Below are positions 50,101 through 63,681 of a stretch of DNA of 64,000 bases, one piece after another. Under the pieces are notes generated by a model. It saw only the letters and a program-made list of their open reading frames with translations. It was not told the origin of the DNA and did no database searches. The first letter of the stretch is position 1. Each line of letters opens with the position of its first letter. The DNA is taken from the NCBI GenBank assembly GCA_013239625.1, contig MU053588.1, forward strand, positions 1,141,988-1,205,987, in the 5' to 3' direction. Both the position numbers and the translations under genes were made by a program. The DNA is from Lama guanicoe (lineage: Eukaryota).

Positions 50101-53100
50101 TCTTTTAACTCAATTTGCCTTCGTTAAGTTTTAAAGGGGAAACTTATCAGTATTGCAAATGGAAAAGCCCAGCTTCCCTGGCCATAAACTGCAAAAGTAA
50201 ATAGACTGAAAACAAAACAGTGTTAAGGTCTAACTAGATACTGTTTCTGCTGAGGGCTCTGGGACTGAGGGCTGCTCCCTTTGTTAAAAAGAGACTAAGT
50301 GTTGGTGAGGTGCTTAAGACTCAGAGTACTAAGCAGAGACTTTCTCCTTGAAGTGATCAGAAGGTTTACAAGAAAATCAAGGGGAATAACCTTCTCGCTG
50401 TCATTTGAGGTTTAATAGAGTGTGGATAACCCTAAAAAGCTCCCATGTGTGCATGCCACACTTGGAAAAAACTTTATCTCACCTGACCCTGGGAACAGTC
50501 CACAAGTGGCAGGGCAGAGTGACTTACCCAGGAACACACAGCCCGTCCTGCATGCCCAGTGACCCACCATACTACCCTTGAACAGGTCACTCATGACTGG
50601 GTGGCACTGGATATTTGAATTCACCTTCAAATGTTAGGGTTCCTTTTTTTTTTTTTTTTTTTAAAGAAACCAGGGCCATGTTGCAAATGGATTTATCCCT
50701 TGCTCCTCACTTTGCTTTTTCTTTTTAAGGCTCCGGCTTTCTTACACACATACACTTAAGGTTTGGCTGGTCCTGTGAATAAATCTCACTGCTACCCGGG
50801 CTAGGGTATCTGCACCCTAGATTCTGAAAGGAAAACAGTGCCCTCCTGCCTAGTTAAGAAAGGCTTATTTAAATGTTTTTCCTGTAAATATCTCAGAGAA
50901 CAGGTTCTTTGTCTCCGAGTAGAACTATAGACATGGGGCAGAAGTATTTGGAAGTGGCAGTTACTACCGCTTGGAATACAATGAAGTCATCTCTGGAAAT
51001 ATCGGTGGTGTTGAAAGGATTGAACGGGATGCTAGAACACCAGCAATACAATAGCATTTGTGTCTTCGGCTTTGGGCAGGAATAAAGAAAACATTGTGGT
51101 TTGTTTTATGCTTTTTAAAGTTTTCCCCCCAAAGGTGTGGGGCTGAGTGATGTCTGTCATTGGCTTTCTAGTGGGTTTCTTTTCATCTTTTCCCCCTCCC
51201 TGACGGCTGTTGAGAGTGGGCGGAAGCCACAGTCTAGGTGGATGGAGGCAGCACGGAAGGCAGGCAGGCAGTCTGCCTTCCTCCTCATTCTCCATGTGCA
51301 AAGGGAACACATTTGGTTTTTTAACCTCCAAAGAGCCCAAGATAAAGAGTTTCCGTATCATACCTCCTGACCAGTAATGACTCTGATTCCAGCTCCAAGA
51401 ATGTCTTAATTAGCAACCATTCAGAATGGGGGCACGGCAGGAAATCAGATAGATGCATCTCTTCTTTTCTCTTTTCTTTCTTTTTTAATACATACTTCAT
51501 TTCAATGGCAGAGAAGGCCAGTTTGAGGTTAGGAGAAACATCACAGGAGGAAGCTTGAAAGTGATTCAACCACCAGCCACGCTGGGAGGTTGCTCAAGGG
51601 GGTATCATGCCAGGAGGGTTTGTGGGTCTTCAGCTTGCACTATTGAAAAGACAGGCCTTCCTTTACCAAGCGCCAAGGGCTCAGTGCTGGCCTTGGTATG
51701 TGCATGTGTAACGGTCAACACATTAGTGCTCTGTGATTAGTCTAAATTGGGGTGTGAGTAAAAGCTATTTAGTTGATATTGCTGTGGAAACTGAGTTGCT
51801 TACTATTCTGGGGTGCGCCTCTGTCCAGGAGGCAGCAGCGATGGTGAGATGTTGGGCTACTGGGCAGAAATATGATGCAGCCAGCCGGTCTCACATGTAT
51901 GGTGGCCATAGAGGGAAAGAGGGGCCTCTGTTTCCTGGTGTGAGAGTCGGGCCAGTCCATTTTATAGATGAAGGGTGTGTATTTGCGCATGAGAGAGGGA
52001 GAAGAAAAAGGAGTAGACCATGAAAGCTGCTGCTGGCTTTGTGGCTGGGACATGTGCTTTTTCTCTAGGCATTTAAAGTTGGAATCTCAGCTATGTGACT
52101 TCTTAATAGCAGGGCAGAAAGCGCCTGCATCTTTTGCCTGCTTTCACAAACACGGACACATTAAGAAGAACTCTAAAGTTTCCAGCAAATCCCAAGCACA
52201 GTTCATTCCCTGATAACATTTTTTTTTAAATCCACATCCTTCCTATTCCAACTCTGACAGTAAATAAACTATTTTCTCCCTATTCCTCCCCACTCTTTTC
52301 TTTAAGGAAATGAATATCTTTGCAGTAAACTCTGCGTCTGATGAAAATATTAAATGCTTCTTTGACTGTTGCTGGCATGGATTGTCTTTGGAAGAGTCAC
52401 TTTTTTATCTTAATTTTATAGGCTGATAAGATCTTCCAGTTCTGGCCTATGAAATAAACTCAGTTTCAAAATTCAAAATGTCTGGAAGCAGCCGGCTTGC
52501 CATGCTAGTTCAAGGACAGTCTGATGAATCAACCCTTCTTAGAGGCTGTCTGCTAACCAGTCCTGGAAGGTATCCAGATGGTAAACATCACCAGGATTGT
52601 CAGGCAGTTTTGGAGTGTTTTTTGTTTTTTGTTTTGTTTTTGGATTATTGGAGCTATGCTGCCAAGTCTGGTAGGATTTGACTTTCTGTAAAACAGAAAG
52701 GTTTGTATCAAGATATCTTTTTCAGAGATGTCAGGCCTGTAATCAGCCAACACTGGTAGAGAGAGGAAATACCTGGACCAGTTGGGGCTGGGGAACCTTC
52801 TTAACCATTTTGTGAAACGAATTTTCCCTCTCCTTTTGTAATTTTCATTAACTCACTGACTCACAGACTCAGGGCCAAGTCACAGAAGAGAATTCAGTCC
52901 ATTGAGAACAGTGAACCATTTTAGGGATGATTGGTCGATGGATCACGGCCCAAAGCTGCTCGAGGTCGGGGAGTGGCACTTGGCTTCTGCCCGCAGCACA
53001 GAAACACCCTGAAGATTCAGAGGGAACAAGCTCTGGCCATAAAAATAGGAGACTCACAGTGCATTGAGTTCTCTTCACAGCTACCTTAGACTTGAGAAAG

Positions 53101-53115
53101 TTCTAGGCCTCTTTA

Positions 53116-53230
53116 ATAAACAACCACAAAGCAGACCTTGCCAAATATGGCCTGCTCCAGGGCCACAGGGTTAGCTTAGGAGACAACTTTCTTGCCTAAA
53201 AATAAGTGCATGTTCCTATTGAACATTCCA
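53116..53230. promoter_or_regulatory. Candidate intronic enhancer core in ACTN4 intron 1 (FOX/RUNX/CArG/MEF2/TEAD)
   Basis: ATAAACA 53116-53122, AACCACA 53122-53128, CCAAATATGG 53141-53150, CTAAAAATAA 53196-53205, ACATTCCA 53223-53230. Motif matches only. Confidence 0.5.
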
Positions 53231-56200
53231 AGCATAGTTTAGACATGAGACTTCTGAGTAGCTGGTCAGACTTTGTGGGTTCAGTTATGTCAGAGTGTGG
53301 GCAGTTGAGGGTCTTTGGGGAGCTGGCTCACCACTTTGGGATTGGCAAGTGTGCACTAAGGCAGTCAAATGACTAAATACAAACCCCCTTCCATCTCATC
53401 TCTATATGTTCTTGATCCATTCACAGGCTGATGGGGGAGACAGAGAGCAAGCATGTAAAGAAAACAAGGTCATTTCAGATGGGATTTTGTGCTACAAACT
53501 AAATAATAATAATAGCTACCATATGACTCTGTGCTGGACACTATTCTAAGAGCTTTGCACAGACTGACTCATGTAATCGTGTGAGTTAGGTGTTGTTACC
53601 CTTACAGGACAGGTGCAGAAATGGATCCATCGAAGTTTAAGCCACTTGTCCAAGTGACAGTGCCAGACCTAGAAGGTCCGACTTCCATGCCTGCACTCTT
53701 ATATCTAGACTACACTACAGTCTAGTGATTGGGAATGGCCGGGGAGGGGTCAGTGAGGGGAGGAGGGCAGTGCAGACACTTTAGATTGAGAGGAAGATCT
53801 CTGAAGACATGACATTTTAGCTCTACCTGAGGGGATGAGAAAGAAGGAGCAAAAGAGAACACTGGGGGAAAGCTTTTCCAAGGAGAGGGAACAAAAACAT
53901 GTTGGCCCTGAGGAGCAGGAAGGCCAGAGTGGTCAGAGCCTGGCATGTAGAAAAGATGGGCACAGCCAGATCTCTTAGAGATTTTTTTGTTGGAAGTGGT
54001 GATGAGGCCCACAGTCTGCAAATTCAGTCCCTCTTAGACTCCAGTAGGCCAGGAACCTCATACTTCCAGAACCCTGGCCCCGCCACCCTTTCCTCTCAGG
54101 CCCCCTGGACAGGCCAAACCAGAACTGACTTGTAAAGTGGGAATCCCAGGACTGTGGAACATTAAACCAAACGAAGGCTTCAATTATCTCTGTGATCCCT
54201 GCTGCAATAGACACCTGCATTTGATTAAAGCATTGGTAACTTTTGAATCCGGAATTTTATGGCACTGTGTACTCATAGAGTGTCTCTCTTAGCTTAACTT
54301 GTACCCCATGAACAAATTCCATCTCCCTTCTATTCCATCAAAAGGCCGCTTGATTTACAAAGCATCTTTGGTAAAATGCTGTGTCTCCCTCTTTGATGTG
54401 GGGAGTCAGGAAGTCTGATTTTTAAACTGGCTCTTGTAGAGCCTCTCTTTTCTCTGTAAATCTCTCTTCCATTTACTCAGTGTTTCCCCCTTGTTTCCTT
54501 TGGTCAGATGGGGCTGTAGCTAGGGTGTTTCTAGTTCAGAGAGACAGGCATACAGGATGATTCATCCTGAGGCTTTCAGCTTTCTGTCCCCCACTGGAAG
54601 CCAGTCCAGGAACATGGTAGATTTCATTTGACCCATGTCTCCCCATGGGAATGCACACCTTGTCAAACTAGTTGTATGGCTTTTACTCAGGGAGGGAGAA
54701 ACAGTGACAGAGCTTGGGGCTATCAGTGGACACTCCTGACTCCGTACACATGGCAGCCGACAAGAAGCTAAGTTCATGGATCATAAAGTGTCCATTGTGA
54801 ATATGGGCTGGGGTTCTCTCTGCCCTGCTCTAGTGCAATTCGGCAGCAAAAATCATCCCTTTTGACAGAATATAAAGGAGCAGATGAGTATGAAAGTGTC
54901 CTGTGATGGCACGGCCAGCCCAGCTGCTTCAGCTGGAAAGAAGATGGCGAGGTTTCCATTTTCCTGGCAGCATACCCATGTGAACTTGTTAAATCTTTTA
55001 AGTAGCTGTATAGGAGGAAAGATAAATGTGTGTGTTTTTATCCTTATCCCTTTAAATATAAAAATAAAACTTCTCCTTTATAAAGCCAATTCAAAAGTGG
55101 GAAGAAAGGCGATGGTGAGTGGAAAATGTGATCATATTGAGTCCTACCCCACGTTTGGGAAACAGCTGTAAGTTTCCATGGTGGGTGGCTTATTACGCAT
55201 TTATGCTGAGCTGTACCTGCTCCAAGCTGTTCCTGCAGATAGAAGAGGCTTTCTTGGGGCAGGGAGCTGTCTCTTTCCATCATGCTGTAAAGACTTGGAA
55301 GGTCTCTTGAGAGACTTCAGCAGTCATCACTTGGGTAGCAGAATTAGGGGCCGCTGACCAAAGTGGGTCTGCTTTTTACAGCCAACCAGCATCTAGTGTA
55401 ACATGAGTTGGGGCTTCATGGGCCCTGGAGTCCAGCACTCAGGTGGAAACATGACCGCCAGGGCCAGACAACAGCCCTCGTGCTGGGCCCCTCTGCAGAG
55501 TGGAGTTCCACACCGAGCCTTTGGGGGGATGAGAGAAACCGGAGACCTGGCCCGTGCTCTCAGGGAGCTCGTGGTGTAGGTGGGGCGAGAGCAAAGCCAC
55601 ATGAGACCTCAGGAGGACACTAAGCGGCACACGGACAAGCCCACAGCACTCTAGCCGTGTCCCAGGAGAGGAAAGGGGTGAATAAGGGCAGGTGGGGTCA
55701 GTCATGGAAACTTTCATAAAGGAGGTGAGTGTGGCTGCGGGCAGGTTTCTGGGGGCAAGTATTAGGGGATCCCGTATGTGCAGTTTGAACAGCGTTCCTT
55801 AGCTGCTTCTCATGAACAGTCCTACCAGTTCCTTTCCCCAGTGAGCTTTGTCTTTGGGGAGTTTCACATTTGAGGCACCGTGTTCGGTATATCTTAGCCA
55901 TGCCTTAGAAGCTCTGAATAGCAGGACTCCAGGTCTGCAGTCCGGACCCATTCACAGGCCTGTGGCTTTTGTGGCTGTGGGGGGCAGGCCAGACCCCTCC
56001 CCAGGTGGGCGTCTGCTCTGACTAATCCTTCTGAGGCATTTGCTTTCAGCTTGCTCATGGTCCCTCCAGAATGAGCACAGGAAAAGAGGGGAGAGAGACC
56101 CCCTTTCTTATGTCTGAGGGTCTCTTCAAGCCTGGTGCCACGGCCCCTCTGGGTCTCTGATACTTGCCACCACCTTCTAGTCCAGATGACACTCAAAGCT

Positions 56201-59200
56201 GGGAACGGCAGTTCTGTGTTGAGATCACAGAAATGAATGGGGTTGATGCCCGGCAGGCCGGCTGGTTTGCTGTGCCGCAGTTAACGTGCTGTCCCTGGAA
56301 TGAGGGTTGCCTCGAAGTGTTCTGCCTTCAGAGTTTATTCTTGCTTGCCAAGCTCAGCTTCCAGGTGCTATTCTTTTCTTTAAATAAATGTCTTAGAGTT
56401 GGCTTGTGGAACTTAAGAGTTCCCATCCCAGGAAATACTCCAGTGTGTTTAAAAAAACCCACCTCATTCAGATGCTCATGGCCAAGTGTGTGACTCAGAT
56501 ACTGCAATACCCGTGATTTGCTTTCTCAAAATTGACATTACTTGAGTTGCACTCTGGCCCCACTGTGAGATAAGGTTGGGGTAGCCGGCCCATGCTTCTT
56601 TCTTTATGAGGTTTCAGGTTGGTCTTTTTCTCGCCTCATATGATGCTTGAGAGCCATGACATAGCACAGCTCATGCAAGTAGTGGCTGAAATCATCCAGT
56701 AGAACCTGGCCTTCATCTCTTACACTGCCTGGGATCAGTAGGATTGCCATGGAAGGATTTGGTGGTGTTAGTAAGGATGGTGAACTGGTCTCCATAGCTT
56801 GGGCACTGAAGCACTGCTTGTGCTGTTAGGAAGAGAGTGCTGCAGGATGTTAGCAGAGTCAGTTTCTGTTTTCTTTCCCAGCTTGTTACGGCTTCCAGGC
56901 AGGCCTGCCTGGAAGTCCTTAAGACGCTCCTCTTTCCCCCCCTTTTGAAAGGCAGAGATATTAGGAAGGTGGACATTCTTCAAGAAGAGAACCTGGGGCT
57001 CATTAGTTGTAGTTGGGGAATGCATTGCTCTACCCACACTTTGGGAGAGGTTTCTGGGGGAGAAGTTTTGCAGAACATTCAGGGTCAGAAAGTTGGTTGC
57101 ATGAACCCAGGCTCTGGGAGGAGATGCCTGCTCAGCCACTGGTGGGTTAGCCGATAGCACCCAGCCTACCCACCAGACGACAGGAGGCGGCTCAGATGTC
57201 ACTGGGATCCAGGCTGTCTCCTGGCTCAAGCAGCTGCAAGCCGGGAGGGGGTGTTGAGAGCACTGAAGCTCCAGTGGGAGGGTGCTCCTGGCACCCTGGT
57301 CTGCAAGCTTGGTTCTGGCGACAGAACCAGGAGGTAGTGAGAGGTGTGGGGTGGGAGGAGGGTCAGAGCGCAGCCTTTATAGGGAGACAGAACTGGGTTC
57401 CACACCCATCTCCTTCACCTACTGGCTGTGTGACTGTGGGCAAGTGACAGGAGTTAAGCCTCAGTGTCCTCCTTTGAAAAGGGCCATTGTCCTACCTCAC
57501 AGGATGATTCTAAGATGAAATAATGTGTATGAAGCCCCTGGCACATTGTTAGTGTTTGATAAATGTAGCTTCTGAAAATTCTTTCAGCAGCTCATGGTCC
57601 TACATCCAAGTGGGGTCTGCAGCTTGCGTCTCCTCTTTAAAGGAGTTGAAAGGGTCCACTGAAACGTGCAGCTCAGTGGAAAACCAACTCCCCTAGGGAG
57701 CTCTGAACCCTAAACCCAGCCAGCCACTTCAAAGCAGCATCCACTGCCAAGTGGCAGCCCAAACTTGAGCTGCAAGTGACATGACGAAGCCCTCTCCCCA
57801 GCCTCTGGGTCCATCTGGGCCTCATTACCCGGGACGGGGCTTCTTGCTTCCGAGTTGCAAGCCCTGAACAGTTTTGTGTCTGGATGAGCCACAGGCAGTG
57901 CCAGCAAGGCTTTTTCGTGAGTAGCTCAGCTTGTTACTAAGTTGAGGTCAGCCAAGGTGCTCTTCCCAAGTTTTCCTTGTCCCCTTCCTTCCCTGTCCCC
58001 TTTCCTCCAAAGGAAAACGAAAGAAAGAAAAAAACCTTATCAACTCAAGTTAGAAACAACCCACAGCCTCGAGTCAGGCGGCCTCCTTTTAACTGGTAAT
58101 GATGTAGAAAGAAGAACAGCTTCCCACTGATAACCCCCAAAATAACTGCCCAGAAATGCAGGCAGACAGGGTCTGGAGGTGTGCAGGAGCCTGTGCCCAG
58201 CTGCTGGCCCAGAACATGGGACCTTCTAGGGGGCCGAGGGAAGCCATGCCTCCTTCCCCGGTGCTTCTCACGCCTGCGGCTCCATCCTCTTTTCCGCCTT
58301 CCTCCTGCCCCGCACCCTCCTTCCCCAGGTCACTTCCTGATGCCATTCCTCAGCTTAGCCCCTATCCCCCCGAAAAGCAATCAAATCCACAACCTAATAA
58401 GGCAAAAGAATGAGGAGAATGTCCGCCTCCCAGCCTCTCCCCTAACAGGGCGCAGGCCCGCCACAAATTTGGAAAATGTTACAACGGGAGCGACAACTGA
58501 CTGGAGGAGATGGGGGGTGGGGGCAGCCATTTTCAGGAGCTGCCCATTGTTGGCAGCAGGCAGAACCCTGCGGGAGGGCCACCTGGTTTGCGCTTTCCGC
58601 ATCAGCCAGTTAACACCCCTCTCAACACACAAAAGTGCTTGGAGAGTAACAGCCCGAATCAGCTGCACCCCCACTTGGGGTTCGCATGCTGGGAGGACAT
58701 GAAACACGCCAGGAGTCCCCTCAGAGACACCTCCCTCTGCCCACCACTGCAGCCGGGACTCTGCAGATCCCAACCCTTTCTGCCTCTGAGATGAGCAGTG
58801 TTCTTCCCCTCCACTGTGCCAGGGTTAAATTAGCCCTGGCGTTAATTAAAACTTGTCGACACTTAGAGTGCCCCTTCCCCCGAAACCTGTCACCCCTCCT
58901 ACATCATTATCCCAGGCAAATCAACCCTCTCTGACGACACAGTTTCCATTCTCCACTCTCTCCTTGGAGGAGGAGAAGGGACAGGCCCCTCTCTCTGTTG
59001 GGGAGCCCTGGAGGAGGAGGGCTGACTGGGCCAGACCTACTTTGTTTTGGAAGGTCAAGCTTAGTAATTAACCTGAACGCTTCGGGGAGGGGATGAAGGG
59101 GAAGGAACCAGGTCTAAGGATGTGCCAGGTCTTTCAAATTGCTAATTATCAGCAGGCATGAGGTCATCCGTAAATATATCTAATTCTTTAGCTGTAATTA

Positions 59201-59471
59201 AGGTGCTCATTAAAAGTGTAGGGAAGGGTTTTTTTCTATTTTTTTTTAAAGGAAAAACACAAAAAACCTTTGTTTCAACTTGACAGGATGGCTTAGAACA
59301 GGCGGAGGACTCAAGGCACAGGACTAGTTTCCTGCCTTAAGAGCCTTTACAGGAAATTCACTGCAAACAATATTGGTGACCCTGCCAAAGAGGCAAACCT
59401 GGGGTGATGTCATTGTTCATAGCTGTCACCACCAAGCCTGGCCTTGGGGGAGGAGGGTTGGTGGGATTAGA

Positions 59472-59495
59472 AGAGAGAGAGAGAGAGAGAGAGAG

Positions 59496-59536
<41 letters not shown>
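59472..59536. repeat. Compound (AG)n(TG)n microsatellite
   Basis: Direct inspection. Confidence 0.97.
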
Positions 59537-59538
<2 letters not shown>

Positions 59539-62500
59539 AGCTGTCTCTGGAAGAGGCAAGTCAATTGAAAATCTGGGCAGGAGACAAATCACAATTGGGG
59601 GTCTTTGAAATATTCTTAGCTAGGTTCAACTTTCCTTGTTCCTCCAAGTTAAAAAAAAATTCTCTTACTATTTTTGCTCCTCAAAATGCTGCTGCTTTTT
59701 CAGAGACAGCCTTTTCTGAGCCATTCCTCGTTTAGTGCTTTCTTGGGTAACTGGCTGTTACAGTCTGGGATTTGTGGCCCACAAGGCAGGGTGCTGAGTT
59801 AAGCACTAGGTAAGTGCTCACTGCTGCTTTTCTGAGGACCAGAGTCTCCATTGTTAAGAAGTGTGGAAATGGAGACACAGGACTGGTTTAATGTATCTGC
59901 TTCTTCCACAAAAACCATTTTGGAAAACCACCCATTGCCAGAGGGTTGATACCGACGTGCTGCTAATCTTCCCATGGCCTCCAGGAAGCATCTGGAGCAC
60001 CTCTGAAAATAAGAACAAGCTTTGTGTCTTGTCATTTTTCTTCTGGCTGAAAGTCTAACAGAGAGGCATAAACACAGTCTTAAAATGAAAGCAACAAAAA
60101 TAAACTCAAGCCAGCCCTGCATGAAGACATTAATGCAAAATATGCAAGCTGGCTTACTATTTATATGGCAGAAGGCAGTCATAAGGAGATCCAGGCCTGG
60201 CTAAGGAGGGTTATGTCTTTTGAGGTGCCTGTTCCTTAGAATTCTAAATAACCCACAGGTGATTTACTCAGATGGAGTTGTAATACAGTGTCCCGTTTCA
60301 TGCTTTGCACAGTTCGGTTTCTTGCTGAAACCTGTGAAATGCTAATGCAGGATCAGGATACAGTTTAGTGCGCCTCCTGTACCCTCTCCTCCTTAAAAAA
60401 CATCCTAACAACTTTAGGAGGAAGTTTGAGGATTGAATAAGAGAGGGCCATGTAAGTTTCCTGTGGTTCACATCCTGTGATCTGTTAGTATTCTTTTTTT
60501 TTTTTTAACTCAACTGACATTTACCGAGGCATTGACAGTGTTAGCTTTAGAGGCAGAGCAAGAAAGAAAACTAACCTAGCTGCTGTCCTCATAGCAGCTA
60601 CATTCTGAAAGGGTGGACGGTAGGTTAAATGAGTTTGCAGTCTACCCTAAATAGGCCTGTTGTCATTGCCTTCCTGGGTTCAGAAAGGATCTTCCCAGCA
60701 TGCCTTATGTGTCTGGGAGTTCAGATGTTCAGGCCACCTCTCATAAATCGACCTCCAGGTGAGTCCTGAGTGTTTGGTTTTTGGTGTGGTGGTTTCATAG
60801 GTTCCCCAGGACTGAGGAGTCACCTTGGGATCCAGCTTTTCTTGGATCCAGCTATCCTGGCTTGGGACATGTTGCTGGAAAGAGATGATAGATTTAGGCA
60901 AAAGAGATGCATCTCCTGGCCAAGGAAACTAGAGTTTGCAGGTGTCCCCCATCAATGATGTCTTTAGAATTTCTATGTGGGAAAAGCTTAGGCGGTCCAT
61001 TCTAGGCTGGAGTGAATGGACAGGGGCGTAGTCTGGAAGCTGCAGACCTGCTGTTTTTAACTTAGATGGGGTGTGTATATGAGGCAGCTGGGGAGGAGCT
61101 GGTGGGGGTGGGGGTGGTGGCAGAAGCCACAACCATTGCCTGGGGAGATGGCTGCCCTTGGATTGCTCGAGCTGCTGCTTGGTTCCGGAGCTGCCCTGTG
61201 CACTTAGAGCCACAGTTTTGTGGTAACTGCCAGGAAGCTGAGCCCGGTGTCGCCTCAGGAAGTTGGTGAGGTTAGCACCAATTTTTGAAGGGCTGGTAAC
61301 AGTACCAGTGCTGACACCCCATGGGCGCAGCCCTGGGATTTTGTTCGTTGGGGACACTTTGGAAATCGCCTCTTGGCTCATTGGCTTATTAGGTATCTTG
61401 AGGCAAGAGTGGAGGGAAGGAGGGGAAGGTAACTGTGGCCCAGCCAGAATTCTCAAGGTTTGACCTTCAATATATGGAAACTCCACTACTTTTCTGATCT
61501 TTAGTGGAAATAGCTCTTCACTGTCTGCATCAATTGGGAAATGTTGGCCACCGAAGGGGGTCATTCCTGCAGGGCTCCGCAGAGCCGGCATATCTGATGT
61601 TCCTAATATTTCCTGACCATACCCTTCTCCATTTGCCCCACCTCCATTTGCCCCACCTCCCTGCCCCATCATTTGGATAGGGTGTCTGGAAAGCATGTCT
61701 CCTAGATTCCCCAGGAAATTTTGTGTTTCCACTCAGTGGAGTTGAGAACCACATGACACCCTCGACCCCCACCTGAGATTTCAGGCTGGCTGTGGGAGCG
61801 TAGGAGATGGCACGATTGAGGAGGGTGGTCAAAGGAGCCTGGAAGCTGAGCTAGGGCAGTTTTGCCCTCAGTCCCCCTTCAGGAGTAGAGAGGACAGGGC
61901 TGGCTCTGTCCTGGCATGTAGCTTGTCACTCAGGTGGGTGGCCCTGCCATTTGGGCCACTGTGAGGGGAATGGATATGAGTGCTCCTGGCTTTCTTCTGG
62001 AGCTGAGAGGCTGCGGTCCTGGGTTATCATAGGGCAGGCAACAAAAACCAGTGAAATCCCTGGGTAGAGACATGGGCAGCTACTACTCAGCTTCAGCTAA
62101 TCGTGGCCAGAAGGGAATGAGGGCCTGGGACTTTATTTTCCAAAAATTTGGAAATCCCACGTTTTATGGGGCAATTAATTCAGCTTAAAAAAAAAAACCC
62201 ACCGCAAACCTGCTGGCCATACAAAATGGGGCCTATTTGCCCCCTAGAGCTACCCATTTATGACCTCTGACCTTAGATATTTGCATGGTCTTGATCCTAT
62301 GTCTTCTTCTCTTTTGGTTCCTTCTTTCCTCTTGACTGGATTGCTGCTGCTTAATCCTCTTACTGGGAAGGAGAAAACCCATTTTCTTTTGCTCCTTGGT
62401 GACAGCTCTGATAAAAGGTGGTTGAAATGAATGGCAATAAAAGGGGCTGCCCTATCTGTGGTTTTCCATCCCCGGACTCTTCCATTCTTCCCATTACCGT

Positions 62501-63563
62501 AGATAAAAGAGTTGGCTCCTCAAAATTCCTCTCACCATATATACATATTTAGGATCTGGCTCCATGTTTCTGTGAACAAAAATAGTGGAAAGTTTTTTTT
62601 TCATTTGTTTTTGTTTTAGAAGGCCCCAAACAACTTTCATACAAAGGCAGCTGTTCTGCACACACAATAACCTGGTGAACAATGCCAACCTTCAAAATGA
62701 ACTACCAGTTCAAATTTTGCACCCAAGGGGCAGTTGTATAGAAATACTTACTTGGGATTGATCAACTAAATTTGAATTCTGAGAGATATTGGCAGTCCAG
62801 GTTTTGTGAAAGAGATCAATTCTAAGATCTGTGTAGACGGAAAAACCAGGACACAGCACTAATTACTGATGAGAGAGTTGATGGATTTCAGAAAAGTGGG
62901 ATATACTTGGTGTGCAATAAATCTGTTGACTTTTGAAAAAAAAATTTGACACTTACCCCTGAAAAATCCATGCAATTTTTTTTTCTGTGCTCTAATTAAG
63001 TCCCCTGTTTACTGGATTAATGGCCCCACAGAAAAAGATTCTTATCAAACTTTTCATTTGGAGCTGTCTGTCAGGGAAAAGCCAGGAAACTCCCCATAAA
63101 GGCACTGCTCTCAACTTTAACTTTTTTGGGCTCTGTTGCCTCCTCACTGGTTTGAGTATTTCCTGGCTCGATTGTTTTCTCAAGCTGGCCTTGAATCCTT
63201 AGATGTTATTTGTGTGCCTAGAAATAGCTGGAGGAAAAATGGTTGTAATGCTTTGCATTGCTCACTGCCTCTCTGTGGATGGAAACTCTCTCTGCAAGGG
63301 AAAGGGCTTTCCACCCAGGAAGACAGCTGGGTGGAGGATTCTTTATTGCCCTGGCTGGCCTATCAAATTATTCCAGCAGGACTCTCACTGTGCCACAGTA
63401 TTTGGGATGAGAAAGTTTCCAGCGCGCCACAGATTGGTAGCTTACAGCTAGGTAGAGACCAGAGCAGTAGGAGTTCTCATAAGTGGGCTTCTCTGCCAGC
63501 AGTATGGGGCACATAAGGGAGTTTGTTACATGAGGGTGTGTTTTTTGATTTGTGCCCCCCCCC

Positions 63564-63681
63564 TTTTTTTGATGGGGAGAGTGATTAGGTTTACTTATTT
63601 ATTCTTAGAGGAGGTGCTGGGGATTGAACCCAGGACCTCATGCGTGCTAAGCATGCACTCTACTACTTGAGCTATACCCTC
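63564..63681 (-). mobile_element. tRNA-derived SINE (Vic-1-like)
   Basis: GAGGTGCTGGGGATTGAACCCAGGACCTCATGCGTGCTAAGCATGCACTCTACTACTTGAGCTATACCCTC with the same internal tail (TTAGGTTTACTTA) as other copies. Confidence 0.85.

Noticed and set aside
60929..61732. Longest unexplained ORF (267 aa, minus strand, ACTN4 intron 1)
   Set aside because: It starts at GTG, has low-complexity Pro/Gly content and no recognisable domain. The GGANG-GGANG repeat comes from a local 15-bp tandem duplication (61627-61656). Most likely a chance ORF.
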